Assembly: GCA_008080735.1 (NCBI GenBank)
Contig: SHMW01000076.1
Coordinates: 1 to 20,835 of the forward strand
Origin: Promethearchaeota archaeon
GTDB taxonomy: Archaea > Asgardarchaeota > Lokiarchaeia > Sigyniarchaeales > SOKP01
Direction: 5' to 3'
DNA: 20,835 nt
The notes below the pieces were generated by a model. It made no database searches and was not told the origin of the DNA. It saw only the letters and a program-made list of their open reading frames with translations. The position numbers and the translations under genes are program-made. Shown piece by piece: positions 8,842 to 17,790 of the stretch (position 1 is its first letter; each line of letters begins with the position of its first letter).

Positions 8842-10839
8842 TCACTTAATCACAGGAACGCTAAAATAAAACGTACTTCCTTTATCCTTACCTTCTGATT
8901 CAACTCCTATTTCGCCCTCATGCAATTCAATAATTTTTTTTGAGATATAAAGTCCAAGACCAGTTCCTTCCGTTCCGATATCCCACCCTTGCCCATATTT
9001 TTCTATTTTGCCAAATTCTCTAAAAATTGTCTCTTTTTCCTCTTTTGTGAGTCCGATACCCGTGTCAATTACGTATATTTTAATAAAATCAGAGGTTTTC
9101 TCAGAAGATATGGTGATATCTCCCTCGGGAGGGGAGTATTTAATCGCATTTATCAACAAATTTTCGATTACTTCTTTTATTCGTTTCGGTTCAAATAATG
9201 TTTTCAGTTCATTGTGAATATCCAGATGGATTGAATGTCTTCTTTCTTGTATTGCTCCCTTCATTTCAGTAAGTACCGTTTTTATAATATTGGCTAAGTT
9301 TCCAAATCTTTTTTCTAGTTTAATTTTTCCAGATTGAAGTTTTGAGGCTTTTAATATATCTTTTATCAAACTTTCCAATCTCTCGCTACCCTTTTTGATC
9401 TCATCCACGATTGCCTTCATTTCTTCATCCATTTTATGGCTATACAGTTCTGTGAGTAAATTAGAAAATCCCTTTATAGAAACCAAAGGGGTTTTTAATT
9501 CATGCGAAGTTCTTCTGAGTAATTCAGACTTTAGCTTATTTAATCTTTTTAATTCCTTTTCAGCTTTCTTTTTTTCAGTTAAATCGACTATAATAATCAA
9601 CGTTGCATCTTTATTTTTATATCTTATACTCGTTAAAGTGGTTTCTAACCATTTAATTTGCCCATTTTTTCTTTTAATTCTGGTGATATAATCAACATTA
9701 TTTTGTTTTTCGGGATGAATGTGGAATTCCTTGAAAATTTTTCTTAGTTTGATCATATCCTCTTCAGGAATGATTTCTGCAAGATCAAGATAGCTCCAAT
9801 TCTTAACCTCTTCATAGGGATACCCAACTAAATTCGCATAGGCATGATTTAGATATTGCATTTTTTGATTTTGAAAAATTGCAATTCCTATAGATGTTTG
9901 TTCTGCTATCGTCCTAAATTTTTCTTCTGATTCTTTTAATGCTTTTTCTCGTAGTTTTCGTTGAGTAATATCTAAGGTTAGTATAAGATCTGCTGTCTTC
10001 CCTTCATATATAACAGGTTTAGAAAAGATTTCACACCAATATACTTTTCCGCTTTTTTTAATCCCGCGAAATTCATAATTCTCTATATAATCGTTTTTTC
10101 CTTGTTGCTTTTTGATTGCTTGTTGCTTAACGAATTGCCTATCATCTGGATGTATAATTTTAAGATATTCTCCCGGAGCCCAATTTTCTACTTCTTCTCT
10201 TGAATATCCTGTGACTCTTAAAAATTCATCATTGAAATATAAAAATTTATCATCTTGAAGCATTGTGATACTAATAAATGATTGCTGGGCAATTGCTTTA
10301 AAAATTTCCTGAGATTCCTTTAACTTTTGCTGAGATTTTTTTCGCTCTGTTATATCATCCAGCAAGAATTGAATATATCGTTTACCTTTAATTTCATAAA
10401 TCGAAGTATATGCTTGAACCCATACCACACCTCCCTTAGATTGATAAATTGGAAATTCTAATTCTGAAGGCTCACCCGTATTAAGTAATTTTTCAAAAAA
10501 CCTATCATAAATCGGAATTAGTTGTTTATTTTTTTTATTAAAGCTCCAGATATCTCGATAATGTTTTCCGATCAAATCTTTAACCGTATGGATAGACATT
10601 AATTCATTTGCCGATTCATTGATATCAATTAATACTCCCTCAGAATTAAATAAAACTACGGTAAGTGGGGAATGTTTGAAAAGATGTTGATATTTTTTCT
10701 CTGTTTTAGATAACTCTTCCTTAACCTTTTGGTTAATTATATTATTAATTCTTGAAATAATAGAATCTGAATTAATGTTCTTTTCTAATAATTCTTCTAA
10801 TTCGTCTTTTTCTGATTTCGATAATGGATTGTTTGCCAT
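8842..10839 (-). CDS. Cytoplasmic sensor histidine kinase with three PAS domains
   Basis: Three PAS/PAC repeats ending DITERK, DITQRK and DLTEKK; H-box SHELKTPL, N-box NLLINAIKYS, DTGIG, GTGLGL. Start uncertain: ATG 10839 chosen, ORF open to 10893. Confidence 0.93.
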   Translation of the reverse strand: MANNPLSKSEKDELEELLEKNINSDSIISRINNIINQKVKEELSKTEKKYQHLFKHSPLTVVLFNSEGVLIDINESANELMSIHTVKDLIGKHYRDIWSFNKKNKQLIPIYDRFFEKLLNTGEPSELEFPIYQSKGGVVWVQAYTSIYEIKGKRYIQFLLDDITERKKSQQKLKESQEIFKAIAQQSFISITMLQDDKFLYFNDEFLRVTGYSREEVENWAPGEYLKIIHPDDRQFVKQQAIKKQQGKNDYIENYEFRGIKKSGKVYWCEIFSKPVIYEGKTADLILTLDITQRKLREKALKESEEKFRTIAEQTSIGIAIFQNQKMQYLNHAYANLVGYPYEEVKNWSYLDLAEIIPEEDMIKLRKIFKEFHIHPEKQNNVDYITRIKRKNGQIKWLETTLTSIRYKNKDATLIIIVDLTEKKKAEKELKRLNKLKSELLRRTSHELKTPLVSIKGFSNLLTELYSHKMDEEMKAIVDEIKKGSERLESLIKDILKASKLQSGKIKLEKRFGNLANIIKTVLTEMKGAIQERRHSIHLDIHNELKTLFEPKRIKEVIENLLINAIKYSPPEGDITISSEKTSDFIKIYVIDTGIGLTKEEKETIFREFGKIEKYGQGWDIGTEGTGLGLYISKKIIELHEGEIGVESEGKDKGSTFYFSVPVIK

Positions 10840-11092
10840 TTCATTTAACACTAGGTGACCATCTCTGGAAAATCCTCTATCTGGATTATGCACATGTAGT
10901 ATGTTATATTCTTAAGATGAATATCATGGATTAATTCACATTTAAATTTATAATTTGAATTGAAAATGCAATTTTTTTTCCAAAATATTCTACAATAGAT
11001 AAATAAATCAATAGACTATAAAAATATATTTCATTAAATATTCTCAAGATAAAGGAAGAGTTCTTTAATACATTCACTGTTAAAACCTATCA

Positions 11093-11608
11093 ATGTTTAT
11101 ATTTTTCCATCTAGCCATTCCCTTGTTAATCTTTGAGATCCCGCCTATTAAAGAAAGGATCTCTATCAACCGTTTTGCGCTTTTAATAGGTGCGGTTATA
11201 CCTGATCTAATAGATAAACCATTGGTCTTATTGGGATGGGGATCGGGAAGGGGGATTTCCCATAGTCTTCTATTTTTAATAATTAGCACGAGTATTGTAT
11301 TTTTAGGCGAAGCGGTTCAAGGTAGAAAATCCTTTCTCAGGGATAATATAATTACAATCTCTTATCTTACGGGAATAACAATTCACCTCTTATTAGATAT
11401 ACCAGAGGTACCCCTATTCTATCCATTTATTCCCTATCCATACTCAGTAGAAGGAGATCTTATTTTGATGTGGTTAGAAAATTTATTCTTAGATCCATTT
11501 AACCTCTTTTCAGAACTATTCGGAATAATGGTGATTGTATTTATCATTTATAAAAATAAATTATATCATTTCAAGGATCTCTGGGATTATATAACCATAA
11601 ACCAATAA
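11093..11608 (+). CDS. Membrane-bound metal-dependent hydrolase (YdjM/DUF457-like)
   Basis: N-terminal His, PDLIDKP, GRGISHSL, HLLLD, LFYPF pattern in a hydrophobic 171 aa protein. Confidence 0.8.
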   Translation: MFIFFHLAIPLLIFEIPPIKERISINRFALLIGAVIPDLIDKPLVLLGWGSGRGISHSLLFLIISTSIVFLGEAVQGRKSFLRDNIITISYLTGITIHLLLDIPEVPLFYPFIPYPYSVEGDLILMWLENLFLDPFNLFSELFGIMVIVFIIYKNKLYHFKDLWDYITINQ

Positions 11609-11623
11609 AAAATCCACAAAAAA

Positions 11624-12415
11624 ATGTCTGAGCGGATTAGGAAAAATTTACTGCTATTTTTTTGTATCGCATTTATTTGGTCTTGGGGCTTGTGGCTTCC
11701 GAAAGTGTTATTGAATTTTGGTATTGAATGCTTGGATATATGGTTATATCTAAGTGATTTTGCTGTTTTTGGGCCTTTAATCGCTGCGATCATCGTCACA
11801 TATATAAGATTGGGGAAAAACCAGCTACGTTTGTTATTGATAAAAGGGATAAGAACTAATTTTAGAACGATTTGGTTAATTCCTGCAATTTTTTTAATGC
11901 CACTATTCGCTCTCCTGTCTTTTTTATTAATAATTCCAATTGAAGGTTTATATATTCTCAACAATGCCCTTCCGTGGCAATTATTAATGTCCTTCACTCT
12001 CGAAATCTTTTTATTAGGAGGGCCTTTAGGAGAGGAATATGGCTGGAGGGGATTCGCCTTAGTTAGATTAGAATTTAAATGGAATGCGCTAATATCGAGT
12101 TTAATTTTAGGTCTTGTTATAGCTTTGTGGCAATTACCCTTGTATTTCATTCAAGGCACTATACAGCAGTATATTACTATTTTCCCAAATATAGTTATAG
12201 TTATCCTAAGTTCGATTATCTATACTTGGTTATATAATAATACTGATAAAAGTGTTTTAATAACAATGATATTACATCTTTCTACTATCGTGGCGAGCGC
12301 AATATTTCCTTATTGGTCAAGTACAGTCGGATCATGGATATTTTGTGGATGTATTTTCACTTCTGCGATAATTATTTTATGGAAATATGGAATAAAAAAT
12401 TTAAAATCTGAATAA
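11624..12415 (+). CDS. CPBP/Abi (type II CAAX, Rce1-like) intramembrane protease homologue, partly degenerate active site
   Basis: Polytopic membrane protein; GPLGEEYGWRG (EExxxR), ALWQLP, WLYNNTDKSV, ILHLSTI. Confidence 0.85.
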   Translation: MSERIRKNLLLFFCIAFIWSWGLWLPKVLLNFGIECLDIWLYLSDFAVFGPLIAAIIVTYIRLGKNQLRLLLIKGIRTNFRTIWLIPAIFLMPLFALLSFLLIIPIEGLYILNNALPWQLLMSFTLEIFLLGGPLGEEYGWRGFALVRLEFKWNALISSLILGLVIALWQLPLYFIQGTIQQYITIFPNIVIVILSSIIYTWLYNNTDKSVLITMILHLSTIVASAIFPYWSSTVGSWIFCGCIFTSAIIILWKYGIKNLKSE

Positions 12416-12472
12416 TTTTTTCTTTTAAAAACGAGCGCGTATAATATAGGTTATATCAAAAATTAATTGATA

Positions 12473-12480
12473 TTTATAAC
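12473..12480 (+). promoter_or_regulatory. Candidate TATA box (TTTATAAC) positioned for a leaderless or short-leader xpf transcript
   Basis: Lies 22-29 nt upstream of the ATG at 12502, the usual archaeal TATA-to-start spacing. Confidence 0.3.
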
Positions 12481-12501
12481 TACACAGAGGTTAGGACTCT
12501 A

Positions 12502-13254
12502 ATGAGTAAAGAAGAGCATGTTTACATTATAATAGATACACGAGAGAATAAATTAATAGAGGTTTTGAAAAAGAAACACGAGATTGTCGATTTAGAGATT
12601 AAACAACTGGATCTAGCCGATATCATCGTCTCCAAGAATGTTGCGATTGAACGGAAAGAAGGGGGAGACTTCGTCGCATCTATTATGGATAATAGACTCT
12701 TTGATCAATTATTGCGATTAAAAGAGACTTATCCGAATCCCGTCCTCATCTTGGAAGGATTAAACAATGAGGTCTTTGAGAATACAGGTATGAATATCAA
12801 ATCAATATATGGCGCACTGGCATTTATTTCATATAAATTAGGGATAGCGGTAATTCCCACCAGACATTTGGAAGATACGGCAATCGTGGTTGAAAGAATT
12901 GCATATAGAGAACAGATTAAGGATGAAATGCCAGTTCTAAGCCGATCTGCTCCAAAAAATATGGATACTTTCGAACGGAGATGTTTTGTATTAGAAGGAT
13001 TATTAGATATTGGACCGACGAAAGCAAAACAATTAATTGAACGATTTGAAACACCATTTAGGGTTTTTGAAGCAATTAAGTTTACGAAGATTCTGTATAC
13101 AAGTACAGGAAATCCGAAAGGCATTCAGGGACCACTGGATACTCTTAGAGGATTTGGTCCGAAATTTGTTAGAAAAAATAAAAAATTGATTTTGGGAAAA
13201 GAGAATGAAATAAAAAAAGACAAGGAAAAATCAATATTAGATGAATATATCTGA
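12502..13254 (+). CDS. xpf: Short-form XPF/ERCC4 structure-specific endonuclease (nuclease + HhH2)
   Basis: IIDTRE, ADIIVSKNVAIERKEGGDFVASIMDNRLFDQ (ERKxxxD), LILEG; HhH motifs LLDIGPTKA and LRGFGPK; no helicase module. Confidence 0.9.
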   Translation: MSKEEHVYIIIDTRENKLIEVLKKKHEIVDLEIKQLDLADIIVSKNVAIERKEGGDFVASIMDNRLFDQLLRLKETYPNPVLILEGLNNEVFENTGMNIKSIYGALAFISYKLGIAVIPTRHLEDTAIVVERIAYREQIKDEMPVLSRSAPKNMDTFERRCFVLEGLLDIGPTKAKQLIERFETPFRVFEAIKFTKILYTSTGNPKGIQGPLDTLRGFGPKFVRKNKKLILGKENEIKKDKEKSILDEYI

Positions 13255-13463
13255 AAAATAAGCAAAATCTATATTGTATTATAGTATCTAATTCGTTGAC
13301 TTTCTGGACGATAAAATCTCAAATTATACATCATGATTCGGGATTTTCAATGTTAAATAGGTAAGAGAATAATATCGGTTTTACGATTTTTTCCTGAGTT
13401 TGTTCTCACAGAATTAACAGAATAATAGAGATGAGTGAATCTAAAAGTTTCCCGATGAAAACT

Positions 13464-13490
13464 AAAATGTGGCAATATATGGCACATTTT
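13464..13490. terminator. Inverted repeat / candidate terminator between convergent genes
   Basis: AAAATGTG-gcaatatatgg-CACATTTT, 8 bp perfect arms, 18 nt past the GTPase stop; T runs at the 3' end on both strands. Confidence 0.35.
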
Positions 13491-13508
13491 CTATTCGTTT
13501 GATTGTAC

Positions 13509-14303
13509 TTACATGAGAACGTTCTTAGAAAACGCATCTATAATAACATTACTAAGACATTCATAGAGTTCTTGCTCATAGAGACTACTTAAATGCTCTT
13601 TGTCGAAATTATAGATACTCGTGAGATGGATATCATATTCACAAGGAAAATCTATATTGCTTAGTTTTTGTTCCAACCAAACAATATTGCGATCGACTCG
13701 TTTGGATTTTTCTAAAAGAATTGGGTCTATTTTATGAAATAAAATCGTGATCTTCAAATCCTTGGGAAACAAGTTTTCATATTTTGCGGTAAAAATTTCG
13801 ACCAGATTAGTCAAATATTCCAAAGATTCATTATAGGAAGACTCGTCTGTAATATCAATAAAAAACATAATTTCATCCGTGTGGGCAAAATAATGACATG
13901 AATCGAAATATCTTTTTCTGTACTTCAATGCCCCTCCAAAATCCCAAATACAATACTTATAATTATTATATTCCATTTCTACTCTATTTATATATCTCGT
14001 GGGAATAAGGTTGGTCGATTCGGTTAAGTTTCGTGTTTGGAGAAGCTTTAGCATACTACTTTTCCCAGAATTATGCAAACCCAAAAAAATGAGTTTTCTA
14101 GTTTCGAGGTGCGAATGTGTGGTTATTTTGGAGATCATAATATGATAACATTGACAGCAATATAGCTCAATATGAGGACTTCTCCATACTTGTGTCAGCT
14201 GGTGCTTTGATCTCCCAATATTACTAGAAAAAAATTCATGAAATGATAATGGACGCTGGCATTCCCAGCATGTTCTTTTCTTAAAATTCTCTGAATTTTT
14301 CAC
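13509..14303 (-). CDS. Small GTPase (Rag/Gtr- or Arf-like) with N-terminal Cys-rich Zn-finger-like domain
   Basis: G1 GLHNSGKS, G2 IPT, G3 WDFGGA, G4 FHKID, G5 TSIY; N-terminal CWEC...YCCQC; GTG start. Confidence 0.88.
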   Translation of the reverse strand: MKNSENFKKRTCWECQRPLSFHEFFSSNIGRSKHQLTQVWRSPHIELYCCQCYHIMISKITTHSHLETRKLIFLGLHNSGKSSMLKLLQTRNLTESTNLIPTRYINRVEMEYNNYKYCIWDFGGALKYRKRYFDSCHYFAHTDEIMFFIDITDESSYNESLEYLTNLVEIFTAKYENLFPKDLKITILFHKIDPILLEKSKRVDRNIVWLEQKLSNIDFPCEYDIHLTSIYNFDKEHLSSLYEQELYECLSNVIIDAFSKNVLM

Positions 14304-14611
14304 GAATGGTTAGTAGAAAAAATCGTTTAAAAAGGTTTATTTCTCACAGCTTGTTGTCCTAATCATCCTAAATGATTGATTTTTTTAAGGAATTTTGAGT
14401 ACAAGAAGCTTGCCCCGAAACGGAACAAAGATTACCATATTAAGTCAAACAACTCATTTTAACGCTTTTAAATGATCTTATTCGATGGTTTATTCCATTT
14501 AACGATTTTTAGTCTTTTGAAACTGAACTGAAAATTATGGGAGAAATGATCATAGAGAATTTCTTATCTATGTATAAATATAATGGAGAGTTTAATAAAA
14601 AAGAAAAGAAA

Positions 14612-15880
14612 TTAGAATAGACTTTTGTATCGGCGTAATTGGTTCTGGATAATAAAAAGCTGGATGTTGCGGGCTCCACCAATAACTTCCTCGATTTTAC
14701 TGGTATCCATAAGCTCATCTATAGGCGTATTGTCAGTTACCGAAATGCCTCCTGCATGCTGTTGAACTTCATAGCATACTTCATGAGTGAGCTTCGATAC
14801 ATAATATTTCCCTTGGGATGAGACTCCCGCGACCCATTTCTCGGCATCCTTATTAACTTCATCCGCAAATAAGACTTTCTCATCATAAATTGTAGCTGCT
14901 TGTAAAGCTAATGATGTCGCAGCGGTACATTTACTCAGTAATTCTGCAAGTCCGAATCCAACCCCCTCAAATTTAATTACTTCTTGTCCGAACTGCTTGC
15001 GTAAGTTAGTATAGATAATTCCGTAAATTAAGCCCGCCCAACAAATGCCAATTCCGCTCCCCATAATTCCTAATCGTTCTGGAACCAATCCCTCAAATAA
15101 CCGCACATATCCTTCTCCATTATCAGCCAATATGTATTCTTTTGGAATGCGAACATTATCTAAAATCGTGTGTGCGATATGAACTCGTGGTACGGAGCTT
15201 ATGTTTAATCGGTTTGTTTTCACTCCCATTTCACGGGAGATCATTGATTGGACCATCGTTTTTCGCGGCTTTTCTGTGTCATAAACCGCATAGGTGCAGA
15301 AATAATCCGCCTTTGGTCCATTAGTAGTATAAACTTTCTCCCCATTATAGATTATATCTCCCTCCTCCGATTTCGTACAGGTAGTCTTCATATTAACCGC
15401 GTCAGACCCTTGACTCGGCTCAGTAATTCCGATACAACCCACTTTTTCTCCCGACATCAATTCATCTTGAACTTTTCGAATCTCTTCATTCGACCCCCCA
15501 TGTTTAAAGTAATGAAACGTCGGATTTCCACAGAGAATTCCACTGGCAAGACGGGCAAGCTCCAGCTGCGGGTCGAGCATAGACATATGGGTTGCCAAAA
15601 GGATCTCTTTCTTCATCCCATATGGTTTAAAGTCTTTCCAGAGATTAATTCTCTGCATATAACCGTGCTTCCCCAATTCTGGGAAAAGCACGTACACATC
15701 CTTCGATTTGTCAATCTTAGGATCCAAATTCAAACAAAACTCTTGTAAGTCTCTGCAATACTCCCTCTCTTCCTCATCGAGCATCGGAAATACATTATCG
15801 TTGAAGATATTAAATACATTCTCTAACGACATTTTTTCCAAAATGCTGTCATCGATGATCTTTTCTTGAAAGTTCCTCAT
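14612..15880 (-). CDS. Acyl-CoA dehydrogenase family flavoprotein
   Basis: GCIGITEPSQGSD, NGEKVYTTNG, RKQFG, VQQHAGG. Confidence 0.93.
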   Translation of the reverse strand: MRNFQEKIIDDSILEKMSLENVFNIFNDNVFPMLDEEEREYCRDLQEFCLNLDPKIDKSKDVYVLFPELGKHGYMQRINLWKDFKPYGMKKEILLATHMSMLDPQLELARLASGILCGNPTFHYFKHGGSNEEIRKVQDELMSGEKVGCIGITEPSQGSDAVNMKTTCTKSEEGDIIYNGEKVYTTNGPKADYFCTYAVYDTEKPRKTMVQSMISREMGVKTNRLNISSVPRVHIAHTILDNVRIPKEYILADNGEGYVRLFEGLVPERLGIMGSGIGICWAGLIYGIIYTNLRKQFGQEVIKFEGVGFGLAELLSKCTAATSLALQAATIYDEKVLFADEVNKDAEKWVAGVSSQGKYYVSKLTHEVCYEVQQHAGGISVTDNTPIDELMDTSKIEEVIGGARNIQLFIIQNQLRRYKSLF

Positions 15881-16039
15881 TTTAAATCATCAAATCAAAT
15901 AGTAATTGTTGAAGAAATTTATATTTATTTAGAGTAAATTAATTTAAATTATAAAAGTGATGAATTCAAGACGAATGAAAAAGAATAAAAAAATCAACTT
16001 TTATTATTCTATTAAAGAATTGTTTTGATTCGAATTAAA

Positions 16040-17767
16040 ATGAATATACTAATTATTGCCATTGTAAGTGCGATTGCTCTGATCATCATTATACTATTAC
16101 TAAATAAATACTATTGGAATCGTTCGATCTCGAGAGTCGTGAAGAAATATTTTGCCGACGAGGAAAAGCAAGAGGTGATAGACAAATATAAGGAGATCAG
16201 CAAGATTGTGGAAGAAACGGAGAAGGAAATGGAAAAGTCGATTCAGCAAAAGACGGAACTTGTAAAATCGCAATTTAAAAAAGCGGAAAGAGAACTCATT
16301 AAGAAAGGTACCCAGCAATATACTAAATTCTCGTCAAGCTTACGCTCCGCGATGCCAGAAACGGAGGAGGAACGGAAGCAAGATATCGAGGACCTCAAAG
16401 GTGCAATATCACTCTTAGAATCACTTGATGAAGTGGCGGTAGAAGCCGCAAAAAAGAAAATCGATGTTGGATTAGGAATGTTCTATGATAAGATGTCCAG
16501 AAAGTTCAAAAGAATCATCGATGAGAAGAGTTTGGAACAGTTTGATTTTATTCCAGTACCACGATTAAAATATCACGCATTTCAAGAAATAAAAAACATT
16601 AAAGATGAAGATTTTCTGCCTATTTTGAATATCATGATTGAAACCAATTTACTCAAAGACATTATCGAGATTAATCCAGCACTTCATCTGATCAAATTCA
16701 CTGACGATGAGCTGGAATTAACGCGAACGGAAAAGGTCGTGCTCACGTTCGTCTATGAAGAGGAGAAACTCACCAAAAGAAAATTAGTGGAATTGACAGA
16801 ATGGGATACGAGCTATGCAGATAAAATCCTTGATGAATTATCTGCCAAGGGAATTATTGAACTTAATACTACAATTAACGTTGAGAGTTTCAATCCCCCT
16901 GAGGAAAGAAAAAAATGGAAGCAATTAATCAGGGATATCATCAAGCAAAATCAGCAAAAAGAGGAAGAAAAGTTTCAGAAATCGCTTCTTAGGAGACAAC
17001 AACTCCAAGAAAAATTAGCAAAATCAAAAGAAAAACCGAAAGCATTAGAAATTTCACAGAAAGAGCCCGAACAAAAAGAAATTGATGATGTGCCCGAGGA
17101 AATCAACTTTGGGAAAAAGCCGGATACCAAACCTCTTCCGGGAACAAAAATCGAAGATGAGCCAGAATTTGAAGAAAACATCCAAGACATTAAAGATAAA
17201 GACTCCTTAATAAGCGCAATGGAAGCATTAGATCAAGAGTTAAAAACGTCCAGACAAGAAAATCTAAAGGAGGAAAAGAATGAGGAGGAGGAAATATCCG
17301 ATCTTTCATTGGGTATCGGCGAGATGGGTGATGGTACACAAGATTTGGATGATTTGATCTCTAGTTTTATTCTAAATTATGATGAAAAATACTCTATGGT
17401 AAATGGGGGTTTTGTGCAGTTTGAAAAAATTAACGAATATATTCTTAAAAAAGATGAGCGAATTACCGGAGATATGGTCAGAACAGTCCTAAATGAGCTC
17501 AACTCTCTCCAGATGATTAATAGGATTATAGAAATCGGGGATACCACATTTTATGCTTTCAATAAACTGGAATTGAACGAGGAACAGAAGGATTTCATCC
17601 ATTTTCTCATCGATAAAAAACCAATGTCCAAACAAATGGTTCTTGAAGAACTTGAATGGGATGAGCAGAAAGTCTTACAAACAATGAAATCTCTACAAGA
17701 AAAAAATCTCCTTCGGTTGGAAAATGATAAGATACTGATCCCCGGAGCAAAGCAAAAAGAAGAATAA
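16040..17767 (+). CDS. Single-pass membrane protein with coiled coil and two EAP30 (Vps22/Vps36, ESCRT-II)-like winged-helix tandems
   Basis: N-terminal TM ILIIAIVSAIALIIIILLL. Two internal repeats each with ..IIEI..., LEL(T/N)..(E/Q)K, EL.EW(D)......L..L..K.(I/L); second repeat has the NGG hallmark and first has G.FY. ATG 16040 preferred over TTG 16025. Confidence 0.7.
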   Translation: MNILIIAIVSAIALIIIILLLNKYYWNRSISRVVKKYFADEEKQEVIDKYKEISKIVEETEKEMEKSIQQKTELVKSQFKKAERELIKKGTQQYTKFSSSLRSAMPETEEERKQDIEDLKGAISLLESLDEVAVEAAKKKIDVGLGMFYDKMSRKFKRIIDEKSLEQFDFIPVPRLKYHAFQEIKNIKDEDFLPILNIMIETNLLKDIIEINPALHLIKFTDDELELTRTEKVVLTFVYEEEKLTKRKLVELTEWDTSYADKILDELSAKGIIELNTTINVESFNPPEERKKWKQLIRDIIKQNQQKEEEKFQKSLLRRQQLQEKLAKSKEKPKALEISQKEPEQKEIDDVPEEINFGKKPDTKPLPGTKIEDEPEFEENIQDIKDKDSLISAMEALDQELKTSRQENLKEEKNEEEEISDLSLGIGEMGDGTQDLDDLISSFILNYDEKYSMVNGGFVQFEKINEYILKKDERITGDMVRTVLNELNSLQMINRIIEIGDTTFYAFNKLELNEEQKDFIHFLIDKKPMSKQMVLEELEWDEQKVLQTMKSLQEKNLLRLENDKILIPGAKQKEE

Positions 17768-17790
17768 TTTTTTTAATTCTCACATTTTAG

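Noticed and set aside
11587-12150. 187 aa minus-strand ORF
   Set aside because: Antisense shadow of the CPBP gene; no motifs.
12729-13124. 131 aa minus-strand ORF
   Set aside because: Entirely antisense to xpf; no motifs.
4153-13254. UvrD + XPF as a nucleotide-excision-repair cluster, or UvrD + HEPN as a defence system
   Set aside because: UvrD and XPF are about 6 kb apart with unrelated genes between. UvrD is convergent with the TA pair and looks like a housekeeping helicase.
15248-15748. 166 aa plus-strand ORF
   Set aside because: Antisense to the acyl-CoA dehydrogenase; no motifs.
509-17190. Remaining 60-100 aa ORFs in the track
   Set aside because: All overlap well-supported genes in another frame or strand and show no recognisable features.
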